Origin: a virus
Taxonomy: Duplodnaviria; Caudoviricetes
DNA: 57,294 nucleotides
IMG/VR virus record: IMGVR_UViG_3300025108_000056
Coordinates: 1 to 57,294 of that record
Reading direction: 5' to 3' (one strand)
Under the pieces are notes generated by a model. The model was not told where the DNA came from and made no database searches. It worked only from the letters and a program-made list of their open reading frames with translations. How positions within the stretch are numbered: the stretch's first letter is position 1; the number at the start of each line of letters is the position of its first letter. Of this stretch, positions 49,780 through 57,279 are shown in pieces. The translations under genes and the position numbers were made by a program.

Positions 49780-50039
49780 TCTTCATCCCTACCTAGCATA
49801 TCTTCTATAGAGTAATCTTTGATACCTGCTTCTAACAATCTATCATATAGAGTATTTAGAAAGTGAGTCAGGTCTTTTATTCTGTCATTGATTGGTTTCG
49901 CTGTTTGTTTCAAAAAGTAAAGTTCCTCAAAGACTCGCCTCGCTACTATCCTAGTATTGTTAATCTGTAATTTATCATTGTTCATATTAATCACCTCTGC
50001 TAAATGGGTTCTTTGTGGTAGACCTCCAGCACTCATCAC
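49776..50039 (-). CDS. Hypothetical protein
   Basis: True start probably MNNDKL, after a GAGGTGA site. Confidence 0.5.
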   Translation of the reverse strand: MMSAGGLPQRTHLAEVINMNNDKLQINNTRIVARRVFEELYFLKQTAKPINDRIKDLTHFLNTLYDRLLEAGIKDYSIEDMLGRDEE

Positions 50040-50105
50040 ATACCTTGTAGACAGGATGAATGTTGACGCTGGTTCTTCTTTTACATCGCTTGCATTCTAA
50101 GTCTT

Positions 50106-50231
50106 TCATTCTTCTTCCTCTTCAAGTTCTTCACGCAACCGCTTGACTTCGGCAACTAAATCCCAAAATATTCTTACCTTGTAATCATTAGTCCATTGTT
50201 TCATATTCTCTATTTCTTCTATGTCAATCAT
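50106..50231 (-). CDS. 41-aa remote member of the MID...EVKRLRE family (not in ORF track)
   Basis: MIDIEEIENMKQWTNDYKVRIFWDLVAEVKRLREELEEEEE; carries the identical 22-bp block at 50129-50150. Confidence 0.65.
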   Translation of the reverse strand: MIDIEEIENMKQWTNDYKVRIFWDLVAEVKRLREELEEEEE

Positions 50232-50422
50232 TCGTTAATCAACTCCAATATTACCTCTAGTGTTCCGTTTCTGTGTTCTATCAAATAGAGAGGCATTGCC
50301 TCTCCATGTCTTGTCTGTATAATCTGTTCATTCATTGTTATCACTCCTTAGTTGCTCATTCTCTTGTTCTAATTGTTTTATTCTCTTTCTTGCTTTCGCT
50401 AATTGTATTGCTAATCCTTTAC

Positions 50423-50620
50423 TCATTTCTTATACCCCCTTCTTTTAGTGTAAGGCATACACTTGTCATGCCTAATCGTGAGTTCTTTCTTGACCAGTAG
50501 CATCCTTGAACATGATTGACATACGGGTTCTCCGCATTTGTCACATCGAGTAACCGAATCTTTACTTCCGCACTCAGCACATTTGTCCAGTGCTACATAA
50601 GTTCCAATCATGTAAGTCAT
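50423..50620 (-). CDS. Zn-finger microprotein
   Basis: CAEC, CDKC, CQSC and H..C motifs. Confidence 0.6.
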   Translation of the reverse strand: MTYMIGTYVALDKCAECGSKDSVTRCDKCGEPVCQSCSRMLLVKKELTIRHDKCMPYTKRRGYKK

Positions 50621-50799
50621 TCATTCACCTCAATTTCATATTCGTTTCTTTCTAATGCATGTTCGATTGCATCCTTCCAACACTTGAGGAAGTAGTCTAG
50701 GTCATCTTTGACACAGCAATTCAGTAGGTCATGTTGGATATCTTCTAAGACTGATTGGTAGATTAGTTCTTTGTTAATGTAATACTTTGTCATTGTTCA

Positions 50800-51072
50800 T
50801 CACCATATCCTGTAACTGTTGAATAGTTCTTTTGTTTCACGACTCATCGGTTGTTTAAATTCAACTGCGGCAAGTGCCTCCATACCATAAACCCAATATG
50901 TATTACTTTTGCTGAACTTACCATCATCCAAGCAAGCATCCTCATCAATACAATGTTGTATCAATTTTTCATCCGACCATTCGGCTTGCTCTTTTGTTAG
51001 GATAGTATCGTAAGTGTGTTCTCTTTCTCCATCTCTTATCCAAAATGTCACCAATACAAATTCGTCTGTCAT
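50800..51072 (-). CDS. Hypothetical protein
   Basis: Preceded by GAGGAGGAATAAATATG. Confidence 0.6.
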   Translation of the reverse strand: MTDEFVLVTFWIRDGEREHTYDTILTKEQAEWSDEKLIQHCIDEDACLDDGKFSKSNTYWVYGMEALAAVEFKQPMSRETKELFNSYRIW

Positions 51073-51074
51073 AT

Positions 51075-51191
51075 TTATTCCTCCTCTTGAGTCACTTGCG
51101 CTTCTTTCAATCTCTTATTCTTCAACAATCGCTTGATGAATTTCGCTCGGTATCTGCTGTTACTTGCTTTCTTTTGGTTCTTCGTTGGCAT
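51075..51191 (-). CDS. 38-aa highly basic peptide (not in ORF track)
   Basis: MPTKNQKKASNSRYRAKFIKRLLKNKRLKEAQVTQEEE, directly downstream of promoter copy 4. Confidence 0.55.
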   Translation of the reverse strand: MPTKNQKKASNSRYRAKFIKRLLKNKRLKEAQVTQEEE

Positions 51192-51208
51192 TTTTCTCAC
51201 TTCCCTTT

Positions 51209-51235
51209 CCTTTGTTAGTTCTTTATATACTGAAA
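51209..51235 (-). promoter_or_regulatory. Conserved viral TATA promoter element, copy 4
   Basis: TTTCAGTATATAAAGAACTAACAAAGG. Confidence 0.8.
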
Positions 51236-51236
51236 A

Positions 51237-52475
51237 TTATTCTTCCTCTTCTCTAACATAAATATTGCTTACAACAGGGTCTGGGCAAAACTGCATGTAT
51301 TGCTCAACTGTTTTGACATTAGTATTCTGAGTTTCGTTAAATGTATTGAACTGCTCAGCAATCAAAGCCTCGCCACCAATCGGTGCATGTTCGATGATGT
51401 AGGATTGCATTCCTAGCATTTCCATACTAAGTTGTAAAATTTCTTGTCGCTTTTTTTCAAACTTCACGGAAGGGCAGGCTTGCTCTAACTCATAACTGTA
51501 TTCTCTTATCTTATTAGCGATAGAGTAGTCTTCAATCAAATTAGTTCGCCTGTAACGGTCATTTCGCCAATCTGTAACCAAATCGTTAAGAGAATGTTCA
51601 ACACCGTAGAAGTTTATCATTGCTTGCGCTACTGATGCACCCTTCTCGATTTTCTTTCGGTGTTCGGCTACTTTGTCATGAAGTCCATGGTGGTCATTAT
51701 AGTATTCAGTGGCCGCTTCGTAGTGTTGGGCTATTCTATTACCAAGTTGTTCGGCTTTGTTTTTCACAATTTTTCTAGTCTGTTCTGCTTGAGATTTCTT
51801 AAGGCATCGTGTAATGAAGCCGATGTTCTCAGCATACCAATCGTCGAATGCCCTCATAGTGTCAGCCGTTATGAGCATCTTATCATTATGATTAGGTAAT
51901 CTGTAGTTGGTCTGTGAATATGCAAGATAATTTCTCTTACGCTTGACTTCCTCTCCGTTAGGTAACTTACCAACGGAATGACTTACGCCTTTTTCCTTGA
52001 TTACTGCTTGCATCTCTAATGGTATATCGAATATACGGATGTCTTTGTTTTTGTTAGGGTTGTTAAGGGCTGATGTAAATACTACCATCCCTTTGTCTTT
52101 GATGTCCCATGATAGTTCCTTCAATACTTTGAGTCGGTTGAATAATGTATGTAAGTAGCCTAAGTATGGCATTTCTCCTTTGGATTCAGTGCGAAGGTAA
52201 GGTCTTGAGTCTACACCTTTGTTAGCACAACCTTCGCTGTCCCAGTAATAGTTGCTGTGCCATGTCTTGAGTAAAGGATATTGCTCGTCAGCCTGTTGCA
52301 TTCGATAGACCATCTTCTGTAGTCTGTTCATCCATTGAGTACCATCCCAGTTACCATCGGCATCTGCGACATACACAAATTCTCCTCTATTGAGTTGAGT
52401 GAGTGCATCCCACTGAGTGAGTGTTCCTTCGTTTCTTCTTGCTTTCAATTTTATCCTTTCTGTTTTCGTCATCAT
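51237..52475 (-). CDS. Hypothetical protein (412 aa, helical C-terminal half)
   Basis: Long ORF with ribosome site; no recognised motif. Confidence 0.7.
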   Translation of the reverse strand: MMTKTERIKLKARRNEGTLTQWDALTQLNRGEFVYVADADGNWDGTQWMNRLQKMVYRMQQADEQYPLLKTWHSNYYWDSEGCANKGVDSRPYLRTESKGEMPYLGYLHTLFNRLKVLKELSWDIKDKGMVVFTSALNNPNKNKDIRIFDIPLEMQAVIKEKGVSHSVGKLPNGEEVKRKRNYLAYSQTNYRLPNHNDKMLITADTMRAFDDWYAENIGFITRCLKKSQAEQTRKIVKNKAEQLGNRIAQHYEAATEYYNDHHGLHDKVAEHRKKIEKGASVAQAMINFYGVEHSLNDLVTDWRNDRYRRTNLIEDYSIANKIREYSYELEQACPSVKFEKKRQEILQLSMEMLGMQSYIIEHAPIGGEALIAEQFNTFNETQNTNVKTVEQYMQFCPDPVVSNIYVREEEE

Positions 52476-52566
52476 ATTTATTCCTCCTTGTTTTGTTTCT
52501 TTTTATTTGGGTCTTGGTAATCTTCTATACCGAGAATGTGTGCTATCAATTCATTGAGTGTCTTCA

Positions 52567-52839
52567 TCAATATCCCTCCGCTATCAAATGTTCTTGCCCG
52601 TAGTCTAACATCATCTGTTTCAATTCCTCTTGTGTATTAGGAAACTCATCATAGTCCGGTAAGTCAATTGCACCGAGAATAGAAACTATGTCTTTACGCA
52701 ACCTCTTGACTTCTTCAAGGAGAAGTGGTGCGTCATAGATTAAGTTCTCATCAGCCTTGTTAAATGGCATCTGTCCGAAATTGTATTTCCTTCTCCAATG
52801 CTTAGGTGTATGTCCTTCGTATTTGTCTGTGTCAATCAT
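52567..52839 (-). CDS. MIDTDKY-family paralog A
   Basis: MIDTDKYEGHTP...DAPLLLEEVKRLRK. Confidence 0.75.
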   Translation of the reverse strand: MIDTDKYEGHTPKHWRRKYNFGQMPFNKADENLIYDAPLLLEEVKRLRKDIVSILGAIDLPDYDEFPNTQEELKQMMLDYGQEHLIAEGY

Positions 52840-53159
52840 TCAATCACCTCTAATATATATTCCCATTCTTGCTTTTCTAATATGTCATCATGCTGTGCAT
52901 TGATACTAGCACAGTCTTTGATTTTCTTTATCACTTCACGCAACCGCTTGACTTCTGCGAGTAGTAGTGGTGCGTCTGCAATCAAGTTTGCATCAGCATT
53001 GGAAAATTCAATGACCTTATCTCCATCTTCATTAGGTTGAACATAAGCAATGAATCTGTCGTTAGGACATTTACCATTTGACACGAAATTGTTGTTTATT
53101 CTCCAACCAACTTCATTATCACCTTTAGTATGTCCTTTGTATTTGTCTGTGTCAATCAT
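52836..53159 (-). CDS. MIDTDKY-family paralog B
   Basis: MIDTDKYKGHT...ANLIADAPLLLAEVKRLRE...VIE. Confidence 0.75.
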   Translation of the reverse strand: MIDTDKYKGHTKGDNEVGWRINNNFVSNGKCPNDRFIAYVQPNEDGDKVIEFSNADANLIADAPLLLAEVKRLREVIKKIKDCASINAQHDDILEKQEWEYILEVIE

Positions 53160-53431
53160 TCAATCACCTTCTTCAATTCTTTCCAACCTTCTTCTTGCCC
53201 ATGTCTTAACCGAATGTGAAGTGCATGTTCAATACCTTCACGCAACCGCTTGACTTCTGCTAAGAGAAGTGGTGCGTCTACGGCAAGTAGTCGGTCAGCC
53301 ATCGGAACTTGAATCCAATTTTCTGTTTCGTCTAAGCCATCAACAGTCCACACCTTGATGGCCTGAACATCATATCCACCTGTCTTCCAAGGCGCAGGTG
53401 TATGTCCTTTGTATTTGTCTGTGTCAATCAT
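53156..53431 (-). CDS. MIDTDKY-family paralog C
   Basis: MIDTDKYKGHTPAPW...DAPLLLAEVKRLRE...VIE. Confidence 0.75.
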   Translation of the reverse strand: MIDTDKYKGHTPAPWKTGGYDVQAIKVWTVDGLDETENWIQVPMADRLLAVDAPLLLAEVKRLREGIEHALHIRLRHGQEEGWKELKKVIE

Positions 53432-53634
53432 TCAATCACCTCTTTAGGATTGAACCCCTCAAAATACAAGAAGGATTCATACTTCTTATTCTCTTCACGC
53501 AACCGCTTGACTTCGGCTAGAAGTTTTGGTGCGTCTGCTATGAGTTGTTTGTCAATGCTACCAACTGGGCAGTATTCACTCAACTTATCCCACGGTGCAG
53601 GTGTATGTCCTTCGTATTTGTCTGTGTCAATCAT
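53428..53634 (-). CDS. MIDTDKY-family paralog D
   Basis: MIDTDKYEGHTPAPW...LIADAPKLLAEVKRLRE...VIE. Confidence 0.75.
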   Translation of the reverse strand: MIDTDKYEGHTPAPWDKLSEYCPVGSIDKQLIADAPKLLAEVKRLREENKKYESFLYFEGFNPKEVIE

Positions 53635-53879
53635 TCTTCATCCCTCGGATTGATTACCATAATTGGTTTGTTTATATTATAAGCGTCTATTGATGCTTTA
53701 CAGTCATGCGCTTTGCCAGTGACGAGGTTGAATCTACCAAGCATAAACAACAGCCCGTTAGTAGTATATCCTTCTTCGATATAACAGATTATCTTTTTAC
53801 GCATGGTTTCTTCTGCTTCGTTCTTGATTGTGTTAGCATAATCGTCTAGTTCTTGTAATGTTATTTCCATTTTTCTCAC
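53631..53879 (-). CDS. Hypothetical protein
   Basis: First gene after promoter copy 5; coupled to the paralog array. Confidence 0.6.
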   Translation of the reverse strand: MRKMEITLQELDDYANTIKNEAEETMRKKIICYIEEGYTTNGLLFMLGRFNLVTGKAHDCKASIDAYNINKPIMVINPRDEE

Positions 53880-53886
53880 TTCCTTT

Positions 53887-53913
53887 CCTTTGTTAGTTCT
53901 TTATATAGTCAAT
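53887..53913 (-). promoter_or_regulatory. Conserved viral TATA promoter element, copy 5
   Basis: ATTGACTATATAAAGAACTAACAAAGG; its TGA is the stop of the upstream ORF. Confidence 0.8.
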
Positions 53914-54202
53914 CTTGGCTGTAGAGGTCAAAATGCTTCTCAATGAATTGAAAAGCCTCCATGATTTTATCCTCAGCATATTGTATTGTTTTGTTTAAGG
54001 CTTTTTCATTGTCGTATCTCAAGTTATCTTCGCCTCCGAACTCGACATACTTCTGATAGAAATTACATTGTTCGTGTAGTGGTGTGCTGTTCCAAGGTTC
54101 AGAAATCCAATGCCAGCATTTTTCACTGAACAATTCCATACCTTCCTCACCCAAGAAAATTGCACTTAACATCCATCCTTTATCTTCATCTGTCAATTTC
54201 AT
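53909..54202 (-). CDS. Hypothetical protein
   Basis: GAGGAATAAATATG junction upstream. Confidence 0.6.
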   Translation of the reverse strand: MKLTDEDKGWMLSAIFLGEEGMELFSEKCWHWISEPWNSTPLHEQCNFYQKYVEFGGEDNLRYDNEKALNKTIQYAEDKIMEAFQFIEKHFDLYSQD

Positions 54203-54204
54203 AT

Positions 54205-54432
54205 TTATTCCTCTTGTTCAATATCCCTGTAGTCTTGTAGTTTAGCGTATCTTATGACTTCGATTACATGACCGCATTCTTCCCAATCCTCTTCTTCTAT
54301 TTCGTTGTCACAATAATGTGTGAATCTAAAGGATAGATGGCCGTCAGCCACATCCTCTAAGTCCCCTTGCCACATATCTTCATCATCTACATCTGTTATT
54401 TTACAGCACTTTGCACATCTTATTTCTGTCAT
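54205..54432 (-). CDS. Acidic Zn-ribbon protein
   Basis: CAKC...C...CGH motifs. Confidence 0.6.
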   Translation of the reverse strand: MTEIRCAKCCKITDVDDEDMWQGDLEDVADGHLSFRFTHYCDNEIEEEDWEECGHVIEVIRYAKLQDYRDIEQEE

Positions 54433-54450
54433 ATTTATTCATCTCCTTAT

Positions 54451-54476
54451 CTTTGTTAGTTCTTTATATAGTCAAT
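54451..54476 (-). promoter_or_regulatory. Conserved viral TATA promoter element, copy 6
   Basis: ATTGACTATATAAAGAACTAACAAAG. Confidence 0.8.
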
Positions 54477-54508
54477 CGCTTCTTTCTCGTATTGTGTTAT
54501 CTCTTCAT

Positions 54509-54802
54509 TCATATTAGTTCACCTTCCTCATTGTATTCCCATAGTCCAAAGTCTCCATCTTCCCATGCCCAAAAGACATTGTCTGGTCTTTCAGTTTCCA
54601 CATTGAGGTATTCAATTGCTTCATCTACAAAGCAAATCAGAACATCAAGGTCTGTCATTTCTTCTGCGTTAAGGTCAGTAGCATCCCAACCATGTTGATA
54701 TGTGAACTCAATTATCCTTCTCGTGTTGTATTCAAATCCGAATGCCGCATCGAAGTAGCATCCTATGTCTTCTCTTGTGTATTTATCTTTCATGTTCTTC
54801 AT
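54509..54802 (-). CDS. Hypothetical acidic protein
   Basis: EAIEYLN...WEDGDFGLW. Confidence 0.6.
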   Translation of the reverse strand: MKNMKDKYTREDIGCYFDAAFGFEYNTRRIIEFTYQHGWDATDLNAEEMTDLDVLICFVDEAIEYLNVETERPDNVFWAWEDGDFGLWEYNEEGELI

Positions 54803-54981
54803 CTCCTTACTATTTCATATTCTACCTTAGCCGTTATCATGATATTCATTAGTCGCCAAAGAGCCGTATCGCTATACTTTGCCAATTCAGCAAAATCCTC
54901 AATGTCTTTTATGATGCTGTTAAATTTGTTCTCTTCTAGTTCTTTGTGTCTACCATTTGTAAAAATCTCATTCTGTTGCAT
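54799..54981 (-). CDS. Hypothetical protein
   Basis: Coupled small ORF. Confidence 0.5.
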   Translation of the reverse strand: MQQNEIFTNGRHKELEENKFNSIIKDIEDFAELAKYSDTALWRLMNIMITAKVEYEIVRR

Positions 54982-54983
54982 AT

Positions 54984-55943
54984 TTATTCATCTCCTTTTT
55001 TGATTGATTCAATCATGTAGTCAGCCGCTTTTTGGGCTTCGTGGAATGCTAGACCTAGAGCCTCATCTTTGTCTTCACAGGACTTCAACCATGACTGTAA
55101 GTAAGCCGCATTGTTAGCGTTCTCTTCTTGCACTGAATCCGGTACGAATTCACCACCGAGCCGCATGACTACAAGCATGGATGATAGTTCTGCTATCAGT
55201 TCTTCAAAGGCGTATGCTTTGGTGCCGAAACCGTTGCCTAGTGGCCGCTTCAATCTACTTGAGTGACCTGTCGAATGACCTGCTTCGTGGAATGCTGTCA
55301 TGACCTCACCGATTGGAGTGATGAAAGAGTCATGGGTAGGTAGTTGGATAAGGTCAGCACTGCTTCGATAGAAAGCCCTGTTGCCGCCAGTCTTGAAGGT
55401 GATACCTTCGTTCTTGATGTAGTCGTTAAAGTGCTTCATCATATCATGAGTCGGCTTGACTTCTGCTGTCGGGTCAGGCTTTGGTGCTTCGTAGTCCTCG
55501 CACTGCTCAATGTTGAATACCTCATACCACTTTCTAATCCATCGGTATTTGATTTCGATAGTGCCGTCGTCTTGTTCTTCTTCGTATGGCTTTCGCTCAG
55601 CATACTTGACGATGCAACCGCTACCATTCTTGAGTCCCTTGATAGAAAGTCCTGCGTTGATTAGTTGCTTTCTTGTAGCGAATCTTAGGTCAGTCCAACC
55701 TCTAAACATTCCTTCAATCATAAGCCTCATGGTATTGCCACCTCGATACTCTTTCTTACTTGCTAGGTTCATCGGTATGCCGTCAAATCCAGTGCCGTTA
55801 GGCTTCCATGGCTTTTGCCACGGAAGGTGGTTTGTTTGAATTGCCTCAGCAAATGTGTCGAACCATGCTTGCTCGCATTTCTCATTCCATTCTTTTGATT
55901 TCTTTGGGTTGTATTTTCTCTTGCTCTTTGCCATAATTTTCAT
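54984..55943 (-). CDS. ardC: ArdC-like antirestriction protein (ssDNA-binding domain plus zincin-like domain)
   Basis: LPWQKPW, NLASKKEYRGGN, FATRKQ, VFNIEQ, RAFY...DLIQLP, FHEAGHSTGH..RLKR, YAFEELIAE, AAYLQSW, AQKAADY. Confidence 0.92.
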   Translation of the reverse strand: MKIMAKSKRKYNPKKSKEWNEKCEQAWFDTFAEAIQTNHLPWQKPWKPNGTGFDGIPMNLASKKEYRGGNTMRLMIEGMFRGWTDLRFATRKQLINAGLSIKGLKNGSGCIVKYAERKPYEEEQDDGTIEIKYRWIRKWYEVFNIEQCEDYEAPKPDPTAEVKPTHDMMKHFNDYIKNEGITFKTGGNRAFYRSSADLIQLPTHDSFITPIGEVMTAFHEAGHSTGHSSRLKRPLGNGFGTKAYAFEELIAELSSMLVVMRLGGEFVPDSVQEENANNAAYLQSWLKSCEDKDEALGLAFHEAQKAADYMIESIKKGDE

Positions 55944-55951
55944 CTCCTTTT

Positions 55952-55977
55952 CTTTGTTAGTTCTTTATATAGTCAAT
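55952..55977 (-). promoter_or_regulatory. Conserved viral TATA promoter element, copy 7
   Basis: ATTGACTATATAAAGAACTAACAAAG upstream of ardC; its TGA is the stop of the upstream ORF. Confidence 0.8.
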
Positions 55978-56419
55978 TTTCTTTTAGCCCTTCACTGTAC
56001 TGATTGTTCAACCATGCGTTCTCGGCTGATGTCGTGAATCTGTAGCCGTTTTTCATAGCGTGACAGCATTCGTAACAGAAGTCCTCGTTTGCTTCTTTTT
56101 CACCTTTACACTTTCCATTATAGTGCCAGTTGAAGTGTTTATCTTTTCTTCGTGGGTTCCCATCATCATCAAATGTAACTTCGCTGAGTGGTATTTCCGA
56201 CCATGCTCTACCGTTGTTAGGGCAATCGGTATATTCGGTAATTGAAGTGACTTTAGGTTTGTAGTCGTGAAGGCCATAAGCGTCGTTGTAATGAGCCTCG
56301 TGGTTTTCTACCATTCTCAATGCTTCTGCTTTCGATGTCGCTTCGACTGCAAAGCAGTACGCTGTTTTTTCAATTCTTTCAATGTTATAAACTCTCTTTG
56401 TTATTTTCATTTTATTCAC
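55973..56419 (-). CDS. Hypothetical protein with Cys cluster
   Basis: VEATSKAEALR motif; C-terminal C...C...CYEC. Confidence 0.6.
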   Translation of the reverse strand: MNKMKITKRVYNIERIEKTAYCFAVEATSKAEALRMVENHEAHYNDAYGLHDYKPKVTSITEYTDCPNNGRAWSEIPLSEVTFDDDGNPRRKDKHFNWHYNGKCKGEKEANEDFCYECCHAMKNGYRFTTSAENAWLNNQYSEGLKEN

Positions 56420-56424
56420 CTCTA

Positions 56425-56470
56425 CATTTTCATTTGTATCTCGACAACATTTTCATTTGTATCTCGACAA
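56425..56470. repeat. Perfect 23-bp tandem duplication
   Basis: cattttcatttgtatctcgacaa occurs twice (56425-56447 and 56448-56470). Confidence 0.9.
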
Positions 56471-56663
56471 TAGTGCCGTAATAGTGTGTTAATTTAGACC
56501 TCCAAACCCATTGAGGGTATTGAGTTCTCAAATACTTGAGTAGTCCTCTAACAGTGGGGAAGTGGCGACTAGTATGAGAATGACTGCCACCTATAAGTTT
56601 GTAGTCGTTAGTTAATGTTAATCCTGCTTTTTTATCGTAGCAGTATTGTGTTCTCCATGTCAT
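56430..56663 (-). CDS. Hypothetical basic protein
   Basis: GGTGAATAAATATG junction upstream; C-terminus altered by the tandem duplication. Confidence 0.55.
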   Translation of the reverse strand: MTWRTQYCYDKKAGLTLTNDYKLIGGSHSHTSRHFPTVRGLLKYLRTQYPQWVWRSKLTHYYGTIVEIQMKMLSRYK

Positions 56664-56817
56664 ATTTATTCACCTATTATTTCTGCTAATTCTTCAAATT
56701 CGTCAAGTACTTGGTTGATTGATTCCATCATTTCGATAGCGTGGTCGTGTAGTGGCGTGTTCAACAATGATAGTACTTTGTCTAGTATTGTGTCTTTGGT
56801 TGTTTGAAACATTTGAT

Positions 56818-57279
56818 TCACTCCTCTTCCTCGTCGAATACTGATTCTCTAAATTCGCTTACCTTATCCCATTTAGGTTGATTGATATGTTGGCCAGTTG
56901 TTTCAACTTTGACTTTGAATTGAATGTTGTATTCATCAACCTCAATGGTAAATTCATTTTCTGCGGTATTGTAACCGTTTTCTAAATTCCTTTCGATGTC
57001 ATTTAATCCGCTTTTCCAGTAGCCTTCAAGTAGTTGTCTTGCTTGTTGAATGCCGACTTCTATACTTGCTCTTGTGAAGATGCCGCAGTAGACATTGAAT
57101 TTGGTTGGTAGTGGTTCATCGTTATAGAGACTCTTTGAGTGACCTCTTTCAGTCCAGTATTTTTGATATTGAATTGCATCCTTGAGCATTTGTTTTGCTT
57201 CTTTCAAATCCCTAGTCTTCCATTCTTGTTCTTCGTATTCTGTTTGCTGTGCAATTATGTGCATTAATCTGTTACTCAT
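56818..57279 (-). CDS. Hypothetical protein
   Basis: 153-aa ORF with AGGAGATG upstream and an acidic tail. Confidence 0.6.
   Translation of the reverse strand: MSNRLMHIIAQQTEYEEQEWKTRDLKEAKQMLKDAIQYQKYWTERGHSKSLYNDEPLPTKFNVYCGIFTRASIEVGIQQARQLLEGYWKSGLNDIERNLENGYNTAENEFTIEVDEYNIQFKVKVETTGQHINQPKWDKVSEFRESVFDEEEE

Larger units (their letters stand above)
52692..53636. repeat. Array of two alternating direct repeats (R1 34-42 bp; R2 22-bp core) separated by unique segments
   Basis: R1 gtatgtccttYgtatttgtctgtgtcaatcattc(aatcacct) at ~52808, 53128, 53400 and 53603. R2 cttcacgcaaccgcttgacttc at 52692 (2 mismatches), 52934, 53236 and 53493. Confidence 0.9.

Noticed and set aside
52692-53636. CRISPR array interpretation of the R1/R2 repeats
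   Set aside because: Two alternating repeats, long unequal spacers, all in frame within ORFs with ribosome sites; no palindromic repeat, leader or cas operon.
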